From a virus, in the UHGV virus genome UHGV-0275691: 24,961 nucleotides of DNA. One strand, written 5' to 3'. The notes beneath the pieces are model-generated. The model ran no database searches, was not told the DNA's origin, and worked only from the letters and a program-made list of their open reading frames with translations. Shown here in pieces: positions 1-12,571 of the stretch. The position numbers and the translations under genes are program-made. Every line of letters starts with the position of its first letter. Position 1 is the first letter of the stretch.

Positions 1-262
1 AGGCGGAGCTGCATATTGAAGTTTTCCTGCCTGCTCAGGTGCCGGATTCAGAGCTGGATTCGTGGATGGAGTCCCGGATTTATCCGGTGATGAGACAGAC
101 CCGCATCATCGTCGCGCCGGTAGTCATAGCCACTGGCCACCATACTGGTGATCAAATCTGACAGTGCCGGGACATCGAGAGCTGGATTCGTGGATGGAGT
201 CCCGGATTTATCCGGTGATGAGCGATGTCCCGGCACTGTCAGATTTGATCACCAGTATGGTG
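1..262. repeat. Rearranged block made only of U-gene sequence: 1-94 is the exact reverse complement of 390-483; 95-177 is an exact direct copy of 307-389; 178-262 is the exact reverse complement of 350-434
   Basis: Base-by-base comparison inside the window; all three segments match with zero mismatches. No V (major tail) gene follows U. Confidence 0.9.
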
Positions 263-658
263 TCACATTTCATAGGTAATGACATAAGTCAGATCGGCTG
301 AACTCCACAGACCCGCATCATCGTCGCGCCGGTAGTCATAGCCACTGGCCACCATACTGGTGATCAAATCTGACAGTGCCGGGACATCGCTCATCACCGG
401 ATAAATCCGGGACTCCATCCACGAATCCAGCTCTGAATCCGGCACCTGAGCAGGCAGGAAAACTTCAATATGCAGCTCCGCCTGCCAGGTATCACTGTCC
501 AGCTCTTCGCCCGTGTATTCAACGCCGGTGAGATAAACGGCAATTGCCGGAAAATCCGCCTCATCAAAAACAGCGGGGCGACCATCAAAAAGCGTCGCCC
601 CGGTGTCATGCTTCTCCAGTGCATCCAGTACGGCTGCACGGAGTTCAGTATGTTTCAT
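263..658 (-). CDS. U: Tail tube terminator protein U (lambda gpU, 131 aa)
   Basis: ORF translation matches recalled lambda U nearly residue for residue; 4-nt overlap with Z as in lambda. Confidence 0.95.
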   Translation of the reverse strand: MKHTELRAAVLDALEKHDTGATLFDGRPAVFDEADFPAIAVYLTGVEYTGEELDSDTWQAELHIEVFLPAQVPDSELDSWMESRIYPVMSDVPALSDLITSMVASGYDYRRDDDAGLWSSADLTYVITYEM

Positions 659-1233
659 CGCTTTATTACCATTCTCAGTTGATGCTGCAGCGCATAGCCC
701 AGCTCTTTCGGAAGGCGTTCACGCCGTATCCGTTCAATATTCTGTTTAAACGCCGTGGTAAGCGGCACCGCCATCGGGATTTTCACCACATCAATGGGGT
801 AACGGTTTTTCCCGGCCACACGCTGCATGACATGCCACCGGCCATTTTTCAGTTGCTGAATAAACGCGCCGGGAATACGACGGTTTCCCACCACAAGCAC
901 GCTGCCGCCACCTTTCAGGGCTGAACGCTGCCCCTTTTTACGACGTCTGCGGCGGGAAAGGACAACCCGCGCGTTACCCAGCCTGATTACGGGCAAATCC
1001 CCCCGGTTAACCCTGATTCTGGCCTGCGGATTTTTGACCGTGGCCCTTTTCAGCCTGGCCCTTTCCTTTACCAGTTTCCGGCGTACCTTTGTCTCACGGG
1101 CAACCTGTGCCACCGACTGCGATATCGCGGATGAAGCAACGCGGTTAATGGCCATTGCGGCGGCACCGGGCACCGCCGTTCTGCTGATACGGCTGAGGTT
1201 TTCAACGGCCTGCTCAAGACCTTTTATGGCCAT
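655..1233 (-). CDS. Z: Minor tail protein Z (192 aa)
   Basis: Translation matches recalled lambda Z; synteny FII-Z-U. Confidence 0.95.
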   Translation of the reverse strand: MAIKGLEQAVENLSRISRTAVPGAAAMAINRVASSAISQSVAQVARETKVRRKLVKERARLKRATVKNPQARIRVNRGDLPVIRLGNARVVLSRRRRRKKGQRSALKGGGSVLVVGNRRIPGAFIQQLKNGRWHVMQRVAGKNRYPIDVVKIPMAVPLTTAFKQNIERIRRERLPKELGYALQHQLRMVIKR

Positions 1234-1244
1234 ACATCCCCCTT

Positions 1245-1598
1245 TCAGCGGCGACGGTTAACGGCAGGCGGTACGCCCCGCCCAAGCCAGAGATGACAGC
1301 TTCCGCCATCATCCGGCGAAACACGATCTATCCAGAAGTTTTCCTCACCGATGGTCAGCGTGTCTCCACGCCGCAGTTGCCGCACATCATCAGTCCGGAC
1401 AAACAGGGACGGGCTGGAGCCTTCAACGCGCACGCCCTGTCCGGCATAGCTGATATTTTCAGGGTCATCAAAAACACCACGTATCACAGCACCGGACTGC
1501 TCACCGGATGTCATGGTGGCTGACGTTCCCATGTACCCGCGTATCGTTTCATCGGCGCGGGCAATGGCAGCATCGAACAGGTTATCGAAATCAGCCAC
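1245..1598 (-). CDS. FII: Head-tail joining protein FII (117 aa)
   Basis: Translation matches recalled lambda FII over full length. Confidence 0.95.
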   Translation of the reverse strand: MADFDNLFDAAIARADETIRGYMGTSATMTSGEQSGAVIRGVFDDPENISYAGQGVRVEGSSPSLFVRTDDVRQLRRGDTLTIGEENFWIDRVSPDDGGSCHLWLGRGVPPAVNRRR

Positions 1599-1609
1599 AG
1601 CGCCTCCCG

Positions 1610-2005
1610 TTATTGCATTCTGGCCAGGCCGCGCTCTGTCATTTCGGCTGCCACACCGGCAGAGACACGAAACGCCGTTCCCGGCAGCACAAATGCCACA
1701 GGTTTATCCCGCGTGGCGTGAAGTGCATCGGTATGCAGCATCACCAGTGCCACAACCGTGACCAGAGCAGCCGTATCAGTCACGGTATCCGTCTGTGCTG
1801 ATACCACCTCATTTTCATGTCCGGTCAGCGCATTTTCCGGGCTGACAGACGTGTCCTGACCGGCTGCGTCATCCGTGTCATCAAGCTCCTCTTCCAGCTC
1901 TGCCACACGGAGCGCCAGTTCTTCTTTCGTCCCCGTCAGGCTGACATCACGGTTCAGTTGCTCACCCAGCGACCGGAGACGGGCAATCAGTTCATCTTTC
2001 GTCAT
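1610..2005 (-). CDS. FI: DNA packaging protein FI
   Basis: Matches lambda FI from MTKDELIARL; start taken at the internal ATG 2003-2005, preceded by GAGGAGGAG Shine-Dalgarno; the ORF-track start lies further upstream. Confidence 0.9.
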   Translation of the reverse strand: MTKDELIARLRSLGEQLNRDVSLTGTKEELALRVAELEEELDDTDDAAGQDTSVSPENALTGHENEVVSAQTDTVTDTAALVTVVALVMLHTDALHATRDKPVAFVLPGTAFRVSAGVAAEMTERGLARMQ

Positions 2006-2046
2006 GGACTCCTCCTCAGAGAGACAATGGCCCCGAAGGGCCATGA

Positions 2047-3072
2047 TTACGCCAGTTGAACGGACACGAACTCATCAGGATCAGCCAGCAGCATCAGCGG
2101 TGCTGACTGAATCATGGTGAACTCTCGCGCCGGATCGCCGGTGGTCACCCAGTTTTTCGGGTAACGGGCAGAGGCGTTAATGCCTTCGCGCTGTGCGTCC
2201 GCATCCTGAATGCAGCCATAGGTGCGCAGACCGCGTGCCTGAGTGTTCCCCAGCACCATCGTGTTGTCCGGCAGGAAGTTCTTTTTGACGCCGTTTTCCA
2301 CGTACTGTCCGGAATACACGACGATGGCCACATCGCCATACATCCCCTTATAGGACACCGCTTTACCCAGGTCTTTCACCGCTGTCTCCAGCTCGGAATG
2401 AGAGCCACGACGGGTATCCAGCTTCTCCTTGACGGCTTTGAAGGAACGGAACAGCGCCCAGCCTTTCGGATCAAACACGATGATATTCACCACTCCGCTG
2501 GCGTTCAGCGCGTAGGCTTCGATATCGTCGGTCGGGTCATACGTGGACTTGTCACGCTTGCTCCACTCCGTGCCGCCGGACTGTGTGATGTTGTTCGCCG
2601 CACTGCGGCCCATATCCACTTCAACCGGATCGAAGGCTTCACCGGTCATGGTGTATTTGCCCTTGAGCACGGCAGAAACGGCCTGCATCTCTTCGACCTG
2701 AGCAATGGCCAGCTCTTCGTCACGCATGTTCTGCATGATGATGCGACGGCGGCGGTAAGCCGGGTCAGCCAGATTCTGCGGATCTTCATCCGGCAGGCGA
2801 CGCAGGGTCATCTGCGGATTCACTTCATGCTTCGGCTTGACATATCCCGGCGTAAATTCAGAGGTGGAGCCGCCACGGGAACGGATAACCTCACCGGAAA
2901 CAATTGGCGAAACGTACAGCGCCATGTTTACCAGTCCAGGAATTTGTGAGAGATAGACTTTCTCCGTGGTGAAGGGATAGCTCTCACGGAAAAAGAGACG
3001 CAGAAACAGCGGATCAAACTTAAATTTCTGCTCATTTGCCGCCAGCAGCTGGGCGGTTGTGTACATCGACAT
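2047..3072 (-). CDS. E: Major capsid protein E (341 aa)
   Basis: Matches lambda E from MSMYTTAQLL; ORF-track start is 9 codons upstream of the lambda-equivalent start. Confidence 0.95.
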   Translation of the reverse strand: MSMYTTAQLLAANEQKFKFDPLFLRLFFRESYPFTTEKVYLSQIPGLVNMALYVSPIVSGEVIRSRGGSTSEFTPGYVKPKHEVNPQMTLRRLPDEDPQNLADPAYRRRRIIMQNMRDEELAIAQVEEMQAVSAVLKGKYTMTGEAFDPVEVDMGRSAANNITQSGGTEWSKRDKSTYDPTDDIEAYALNASGVVNIIVFDPKGWALFRSFKAVKEKLDTRRGSHSELETAVKDLGKAVSYKGMYGDVAIVVYSGQYVENGVKKNFLPDNTMVLGNTQARGLRTYGCIQDADAQREGINASARYPKNWVTTGDPAREFTMIQSAPLMLLADPDEFVSVQLA

Positions 3073-3127
3073 AAAAAAATCCCGTAAAAAAAGCCGCACA
3101 GGCGGCCTTTAGTGATGAAGGGTCAGG

Positions 3128-3460
3128 TTAAACGATGCTGATTGCCGTTCCGGCAAACGCGGTCCGTTTTTTCGTCTCGTCGCTGGCAGCCTCCGGCCAG
3201 AGCACATCCTCATAACGGAACGTGCCGGACTTGTAGAACGTCAGTGTGGTGCTGGTCTGGTCAGCAGCAACTGCAAGAATGCCAACGGCAGCACCGTCGG
3301 TGGTGCCATCCCACGCAACCAGCTTACGGGTGGAGGTGTCCAGCATCAGCGGGGTCATTGCAGGCGCTTTCGCACTCAACCCGCCGGGCGCGGTTGCGGT
3401 ATGAGCCGGGTCACTGTTGCCCAGCGGCTGGTAATGGGTAAAGGTTTCTTTGCTCGTCAT
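3128..3460 (-). CDS. D: Capsid decoration protein D (110 aa)
   Basis: Matches lambda D from [10 protein letters not shown]. Confidence 0.95.
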   Translation of the reverse strand: MTSKETFTHYQPLGNSDPAHTATAPGGLSAKAPAMTPLMLDTSTRKLVAWDGTTDGAAVGILAVAADQTSTTLTFYKSGTFRYEDVLWPEAASDETKKRTAFAGTAISIV

Positions 3461-3469
3461 AAACATCCC

Positions 3470-3865
3470 TTACACTGGTGTGTTCAGCAAATCGTTAACG
3501 GCATCAGATGCCGGGTTACCTGCAGCCAGCGGTGCCGGTGCCCCCTGCATCAGACGATCCAGCGCAGTGTCACTGCGCGCCTGTGCACTCTGTGGTGCTG
3601 CGGCCAGAATACGGCGGGCCGTTTCCACGGTCATACCGGGGGTTTCGGCCAGCACGCATGCCTGTTCTTCGCGTCCGTGAGCCTCCTCACAGTTGAGGAT
3701 CCCCATAATGCGACTGTTTTCTGCCGCAACCGCTGCGGTGATCTGCGCGTTCACGTCCGGCTGCGCAGCGCTGGCGTTCTCGCCCTCCGTCGCTTGCACC
3801 ACGCCAGTAACGTCAGCCTGCGAAGCAGTGGCTGAAACAGTTGTTGATTGAGTCTCTTTGGTCAT
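3470..3865 (-). CDS. Nu3: Capsid scaffolding protein Nu3 (131 aa, in-frame C-terminal part of C)
   Basis: Internal ATG at 3863-3865 preceded by AGGAGGG; C-terminal C reading frame matches lambda; lies downstream of the C frameshift so it is intact. Confidence 0.7.
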   Translation of the reverse strand: MTKETQSTTVSATASQADVTGVVQATEGENASAAQPDVNAQITAAVAAENSRIMGILNCEEAHGREEQACVLAETPGMTVETARRILAAAPQSAQARSDTALDRLMQGAPAPLAAGNPASDAVNDLLNTPV

Positions 3866-4768
3866 TCGCCCTCCTGAGAGACGGGATTTACGTGCATCCA
3901 GTGCATCACGCATGACGGTGATCGCATCGGTACTGTTCACAAGTTCATCAGCCAGTCCGGCATCAATGGCCTCCTGACCGCTGTACACTGCAGCCTCGGT
4001 ATCCAGCACAGCCTGCACGGACAGGCCGGTATATGCCGACACCTTCTGTGCAAACATCCGGCGGGTTGCATCCATCCGGGACTGCAGTGTTTCCCGGACA
4101 TCATCCGGTAGATGGCTGTAGGGGTTGCCATCCACCTTATGGCTGCCGCTGTAAATCAGCGTGATTTCCACGCCCTGTTTCTCCAGCGCAGCACCGTAAT
4201 TACTGTGAGCCATCATGACGCCGATGGAGCCTGTCCGGGCGGTCTGCGTGACCAGACGCCGGGAGGCGGCGCTGGCAAGCAGCTGACCTGCACTGCAGTT
4301 CATGTCGTTGGCCAGCGCCCATACCGGTTTTATGTCTCGCACACGGGCGATGATGTCAGCACAGTCAAATGCTCCCGCCACCATCCCGCCCGGTGTGTCC
4401 ATATCCAGCAGAATGCCGTCCACCATCGGATCGCTGGCAGCCTGTTGCAGACGGCGATAATGCCGTTGTAACCGGTCATCCCCGAATACGGCTGCAGCGC
4501 CCGCGTCCGGCTGACCAGCGTGCCGGACACCGGCAGCACGGCGATGCCGTTCATGACCTGATAACTGCGGGCCTGTCGTGGTCCGTCATCATCAACGGAT
4601 AACGCCAGCGCCGCGGGTGCCTCTCCGGCAGTCAGGCTGTCGCCGGACACCGCATCCGTCAGGCGGCTGATCCCAAGCTGGCCTGCAAGCGCACAAAAGA
4701 AAACCCGCGCATAGGCGGGTTCAAGCATCAGCGGCTCATTAAAGGCCATACTGGCAATATGCGGGAGA

Positions 4769-4788
<20 letters not shown>
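3470..4788 (-). pseudogene. C: Prohead protease/scaffold protein C, disrupted by a 1-nt frameshift near 4450
   Basis: N-terminal 150 residues (ORF 4330-4923 from VTAELRNLPH, GTG start at 4786-4788) and C-terminal 318 residues (ORF 3470-4426) both match lambda C but sit in different frames; the window reads ATTATCGCCGTCTGCAA where I recall lambda having ATTATCGCCCGTCTGCAA. Confidence 0.75.
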
Positions 4789-8469
<3,681 letters not shown>

Positions 8470-8495
<26 letters not shown>

Positions 8496-9015
8496 TCAGC
8501 AACCCCGGTATCAGTTCATCCAGCGCGGCTGCTTTGTTCATGGCTTTGATGATATCCCGTTTCAGGAAATCAACATGTCGGTTTTCCAGTTCCGGAAAAC
8601 GCCGCTGCACCGACAGGGGGATCCCGTCGAGAATACTGGCAATTTCACCTGCGATCCGCGACAGCACGAAAGTACAGAATGCGGTTTCCACCACTTCAGC
8701 GGAGTCTCTGGCATTTTTCAGCTCCTGTGCGTCGGCCTGCGCACGCGTAAGTCGATGGCGTTCGTACTCAATAGTCCCTGGCTGGAGATCTGTCTCGCTG
8801 GCCTGCCGCAGTTCTTCAACTTCCCGGCGCAGCTTTTCGTTCTCAATTTCAGCATCCCTTTCGGCATACCATTTTATGACGGCGGCAGAATCATAAAGCA
8901 CCTCATTACCCTTCCCACCACCCCGCAGAACGGGCATTCCCTGCTCCTGCCAGTTCTGAATGGTACGGATACTCGCGCCGAAAATGTCAGCCAGCTGCTT
9001 TTTGTTGACTTCCAT
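8470..9015 (-). CDS. Nu1: Terminase small subunit Nu1 (181 aa)
   Basis: Full-length match to recalled lambda Nu1; cos lies immediately upstream. Confidence 0.97.
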
Positions 9016-9193
9016 TGTTCATTCCACGGACAAAAACAGAGAAAGGAAACGACAGAGGCCAAAAAGCTCGCTTTCAGCACCTGTCGTTTCCTTTCTTTTC
9101 AGAGGGTATTTTAAATAAAAACATTAAGTTATGACGAAGAAGAACGGAAACGCCTTAAACCGGAAAATTTTCATAAATAGCGAAAACCCGCGA

Positions 9194-9205
9194 GGTCGCC
9201 GCCCC
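9194..9205. other. cos: cosN cohesive-end site (AGGTCGCCGCCC, complement of lambda GGGCGGCGACCT); cosB expected on the Nu1 side at about 9016-9190
   Basis: Exact 12-nt lambda cohesive-end sequence, flanked by sequence resembling lambda left and right ends, directly upstream of Nu1. Confidence 0.85.
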
Positions 9206-9404
9206 GTAACCTGTCGGATCGCCGGAAAGGACCCGCAAAATGATAATAATTATCATCTACATGTCACAACGTGCATCTACGCCATCAAACCACGTCAAAT
9301 AATCAATTATGACGCAGGTATCGTATTAATTGATCTGCATCAACTTAACGTAAAAAAAACTTCAGACAATACAAATCAGCAACACAGAATACGGGACAAC
9401 CTCA

Positions 9405-9637
9405 TGTCAACGAAGAACAGAACCCGCAGAACAACAACCCGCAACATCCGCTTTCCTAACCAAATGATTGAACAAATTAACATCGCTCTTGTTCAAAAAG
9501 GGTCCGGGAATTTCTCAGCCTGGGTCATTGAAGCCTGCCGCCGGAGACTGTGCTCAGAAAAAAGAGTTTCGCCTGAAGCAAACAAAGAAAAGAGTGACAT
9601 TACTGAATTGCTCAGAAAACAGGTTAGACCAGATTGA
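9405..9637 (+). CDS. Small basic protein with a predicted ribbon-helix-helix-like fold (77 aa); cos-proximal ORF that I recall also being present at the lambda right end
   Basis: ORF with N-terminal Arg/Thr-rich stretch followed by a strand-helix-loop-helix pattern (IRFPNQMIEQINIALVQKGSGNFSAWVIEACRRRL); weak RBS; upstream part of the 168-aa track ORF crosses cosN so cannot be coding. Confidence 0.55.
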
Positions 9638-9694
9638 AGCAATCTAGATAATCGTGCAGACTACGCCCCCTCATATCACATGGAAGGTACTACA

Positions 9695-10105
9695 ATGGCT
9701 CAGGTTGCCATTTTTAAACAAATATTCGATAAAGTGCGAAATAATTTAAACTATCACTGGTTTTATTCTGAACTAAAACGTCACAATGTCTCACATTACA
9801 TTTACTATTTAGCCACAGAGAATATTCATCTTGTTCTTGAAAACGATAATACGGTTTTAATAAAAGGACAGGGTAAGGTTGTAAATGTAAGATTTTCAAA
9901 AAATAAATGCCTTATAGAAGCCACCTTAAAAGGATTCAAATCAGGAGAGTTATCATTTTACGAATACAGGAAAAATCTTGCTACAGCAGGGGTTTTCAGA
10001 TGGATTACAAATATCCACGAAAACAAAAGGTATTACTATACCTTTGATAATTCATTACTCTTTACTGAGAACATTCAGAACACTACACAAATATTTCCGC
10101 ACTAA
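9695..10105 (+). CDS. DUF1398-like (YbcV/YdfO-family) prophage protein, 136 aa
   Basis: ATG at 9695 with GAAGG RBS 8 nt upstream; translation resembles recalled E. coli YbcV-family proteins and the equivalent lambda right-end ORF; [13 protein letters not shown] motif. Confidence 0.7.
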   Translation: MAQVAIFKQIFDKVRNNLNYHWFYSELKRHNVSHYIYYLATENIHLVLENDNTVLIKGQGKVVNVRFSKNKCLIEATLKGFKSGELSFYEYRKNLATAGVFRWITNIHENKRYYYTFDNSLLFTENIQNTTQIFPH

Positions 10106-10783
10106 ATCATAACGTCCGGTTTCTTCCGTGCCAGAACCGGACTCGCTGGCATGATGAAATATGTGTACCCGGTAACCCCGGTGTGCATCGTTTTTGATTA
10201 TTCCCGCACACTCGCGCAGAAGGAGTTCCCCGTCGGGCTACGGTCTCTGTTAATACGGGAACACGGCGACGATACAGCGCATGATGTGTCAGGCTTGAAT
10301 ACCTTTATCCTTTAAAAGGGATATCAGTTAAGTTATCCCGTGTAGGGTATAAGCCATTATCAAAGCCACTCTGTAGGGAATGGCTTTTGTGATGGCATCA
10401 CTTACTCTTTACGCTGCTATCCCACTCATCCCGGAATTTTGATGGGTTATTGAAACCTTCTGCTGACATAACAACTCCTTCAATGTTTGGCTGAAATTAG
10501 GATGTCTTTCCATCAGTCCGCCACCACAAAGAATCTTTTTTGCCATAAGGCAGGAGGTTCATCTTTCAGTGGCTGCCGGTGTTATTTCCCCACTTACTGG
10601 CTTGGGTTGTTTCGTGGTACTGCCGTTAACTGGTGGCGCACAGATTTAGTTAAATCCGTTCTCGCCTGAACTATCTTTTACATACCCGGATTGTGGGGAT
10701 GTAAATCACGGTTTCATTATCAAGCCCACCAGTAGATGGGCTTTGTAATGAAGAGTTGTTATGAAAATTGCTCTAAACAAGCA

Positions 10784-11272
10784 TTAATAGCCATCAGAAG
10801 TAATCGCTACAGATTTCAATCCCTCAATGTCATCCTTGGACAGGGCGAACCATTCACCGTGCTTTCTCTTTGCGGCAAATTTGCGATGAAGCATGTTTTC
10901 AGTTTCTCTTCCACCAGGGATCAGGCACTCAAGCTTCAAGCAGTCTGGTCCAGAGTTGCCAAGCGATTTGATGCGTTGTGGAATGTTGGATGAATACCCA
11001 ATTTTGGTTAGCCCAGTTTTCTTCGATGACAAAACGTATACCTGAGGAGGTTCTTTTCTCTGGTCTTCCATTACACGTCTCATTGTTGCCATAAGTCCGC
11101 CGTGCATCAGCATTTCAACAAAGAACGCTGACCGAACACCTGACGACTTAAGCATGCCAGAAAATTCACTTGCCAATTCCATTAACTCTGCGATGTTTTC
11201 AGGAACTTTTTGGCAGTTATCTTCCTTGTATAAGGAAATCATTCTTTGAAGCTTTTCTTCTAATTGGTTCAT
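10784..11272 (-). CDS. T5orf172 (GIY-YIG-like) domain protein with an uncharacterised helical N-terminal domain, 162 aa
   Basis: C-terminal region VYVLSS..GLTKIGYSSNIPQRIKSL...ENMLHRKFAAKRKHGEWFAL fits the T5orf172/GIY-YIG-like motif order (YxL, KIGxS, R, E, GEWF); ATG at 11270-11272; the track start at 11308 is a GTG. Confidence 0.65.
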   Translation of the reverse strand: MNQLEEKLQRMISLYKEDNCQKVPENIAELMELASEFSGMLKSSGVRSAFFVEMLMHGGLMATMRRVMEDQRKEPPQVYVLSSKKTGLTKIGYSSNIPQRIKSLGNSGPDCLKLECLIPGGRETENMLHRKFAAKRKHGEWFALSKDDIEGLKSVAITSDGY

Positions 11273-11421
11273 AGCGTCTTTACCTTTTAGAAAGTGAGCC
11301 TGTCTCACAGAAAAGCCGCCCCGAGATGGTCGCCACCATATACGGCAGTTCTCAGGCTCAACTTTCTGAAAGGCTCGGGTGATGTAATATGCGCGTGAGA
11401 TGCGCTGTGAAATTCAGATGT

Positions 11422-11445
11422 AAAAAAAGCCCCGCATCGCGAGGC
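11422..11445 (-). terminator. Rho-independent terminator downstream of Rz (minus-strand RNA GCCUCGC-GAU-GCGGGGC then U7)
   Basis: 7-bp stem with one G-U pair followed by a seven-residue U tract, 30 nt after the Rz stop. Confidence 0.7.
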
Positions 11446-11477
11446 TCATTAAATGGACTTTGTGATTTGCAAAAAAA

Positions 11478-11951
11478 TTATTTCAGGCATTGCGTCCTGA
11501 TGTATTCCTGCAGGTAGTTAACCTGCGCGGTTATCTTGTCGATTCCACTTCGGAGACGGTAATAATTGAGTTCAGCATCTGCTGTAAGTCTTGGGCTTTC
11601 TCCATCGCCCATGCCGCTGGCTCCGGTCGTTGACTTTGCACAGGTGGCGGCGACTTGCAGGCGCTTACGCCCAGCAGAAACATCAGCACGGAGACTTTCG
11701 ATAGTCGCGTTAGCATCAGCAAGCTCCTTTGTGTATCTTGCGTCGAGTTCTGCTACATCACGTTGACGCTTCCGCATGTCAGCGATGGTGGCGTTCGCCT
11801 TCTCCAGTTCACTGGCCTTGTTATCGCGCTGCTCTTTGTAGGCGATTGCGTTATCACGGTAATGATTAACAGCCCATGACAGGCAGACGATGATGCAGAT
11901 AACCAGAGCATAAATAATCGCGGCGACTCTGCTCACTGATCTATCCCCCAA
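11478..11951 (-). CDS. Rz: Inner-membrane spanin Rz (i-spanin)
   Basis: N-terminal half matches lambda Rz ([22 protein letters not shown]); position after R; embedded Rz1 frame. Confidence 0.9.
   Translation of the reverse strand: MGDRSVSRVAAIIYALVICIIVCLSWAVNHYRDNAIAYKEQRDNKASELEKANATIADMRKRQRDVAELDARYTKELADANATIESLRADVSAGRKRLQVAATCAKSTTGASGMGDGESPRLTADAELNYYRLRSGIDKITAQVNYLQEYIRTQCLK
11531..11722 (-). CDS. Rz1: Outer-membrane lipoprotein spanin Rz1 (o-spanin), embedded in Rz in the +1 frame
   Basis: Embedded ORF with signal peptide, lipobox-like VSAC and a Pro-rich mature region (KSPPPVQ), typical of Rz1. Confidence 0.7.
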   Translation of the reverse strand: MLMLTRLSKVSVLMFLLGVSACKSPPPVQSQRPEPAAWAMEKAQDLQQMLNSIITVSEVESTR

Positions 11952-12466
11952 CAGGCTAATGCGCTTTCCTGGTCACGACGAATAACCTGTCCATAGCAGT
12001 TATTTGAACGTATGCGGCAATCGCGCCCACCATCTTTTATCCACCAGCGAATCGCCTCGCATGCACCTTTACGATCACCGGCATTCAGCCGCTTATAAAA
12101 CGTCGACGGGAAACACTTACCGGGGCCAATGTTATAGGGACAAAATGACGCGATACCCGCTTTCTGTGGTTCGGTCAGTGGCACTTTAATATTGCGCTCC
12201 ACCCATGCCAGCGCCTTATCCCGTTCAATGGCGTTAACCTGGTCGCATTTTTCCTTCGACAGTTTCATACCGGGAAAAACGGGTTTTCCATCCACCACCG
12301 TGGCACCCCGACAGATGGTCCAGATGCCGGAACCATCGCGGTATGCCGTTGTGTGGTTACCTTCTTTTTCATCCAGAAACTGGTCGAGAATATCAGGCGC
12401 AGGCGCACCGACGGCAATCAGTGCCAGAACGGCAGCCGACAGGCCGTATCTGATTTTTGCGTTCAT
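11933..12466 (-). CDS. R: Endolysin R, T4-type lysozyme with N-terminal signal-anchor-release (SAR) domain
   Basis: 177 aa; hydrophobic N-terminus ([13 protein letters not shown]) followed by an [17 protein letters not shown] catalytic region, similar to phage 21 / Stx-phage SAR endolysins. Confidence 0.92.
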   Translation of the reverse strand: MNAKIRYGLSAAVLALIAVGAPAPDILDQFLDEKEGNHTTAYRDGSGIWTICRGATVVDGKPVFPGMKLSKEKCDQVNAIERDKALAWVERNIKVPLTEPQKAGIASFCPYNIGPGKCFPSTFYKRLNAGDRKGACEAIRWWIKDGGRDCRIRSNNCYGQVIRRDQESALACWGIDQ

Positions 12467-12571
12467 GGATATTTATCAGGATTTATCGGTTTCTGAACCC
12501 TGGATATGTTTATCTGTCCCGGCCTGTTGAATCAGGCAAGGAATAGTTAAATACAATAGAGAGGATTGTTT

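Noticed and set aside
48-236. 62-aa ORF on the minus strand at the window start
   Set aside because: It lies wholly inside the scrambled U-derived repeat block and is a chimeric frame assembled from rearranged U fragments, not an independent gene.
9131-9637. 168-aa plus-strand ORF in the ORF track
   Set aside because: Its 5' part spans cosN (9194-9205) and the AT-rich cos-flanking DNA; only the 3' portion from the ATG at 9405 is a plausible gene.
9714-9899. 61-aa minus-strand ORF
   Set aside because: Entirely antisense within the better-supported DUF1398-like gene.
10487-10993. Plus-strand ORFs of 60 and 85 aa in the cargo region
   Set aside because: No RBS or recognisable features; the second is antisense to the T5orf172 gene. 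Only the short SD-preceded frame at 10569-10649 was kept as a low-confidence note.
12004-12530. Plus-strand ORFs of 61 and 112 aa antisense to R
   Set aside because: Overlap the endolysin gene on the opposite strand; no start-site support. Distinct from the 12572-12844 ORF, which has a strong RBS and lies mostly in intergenic space.
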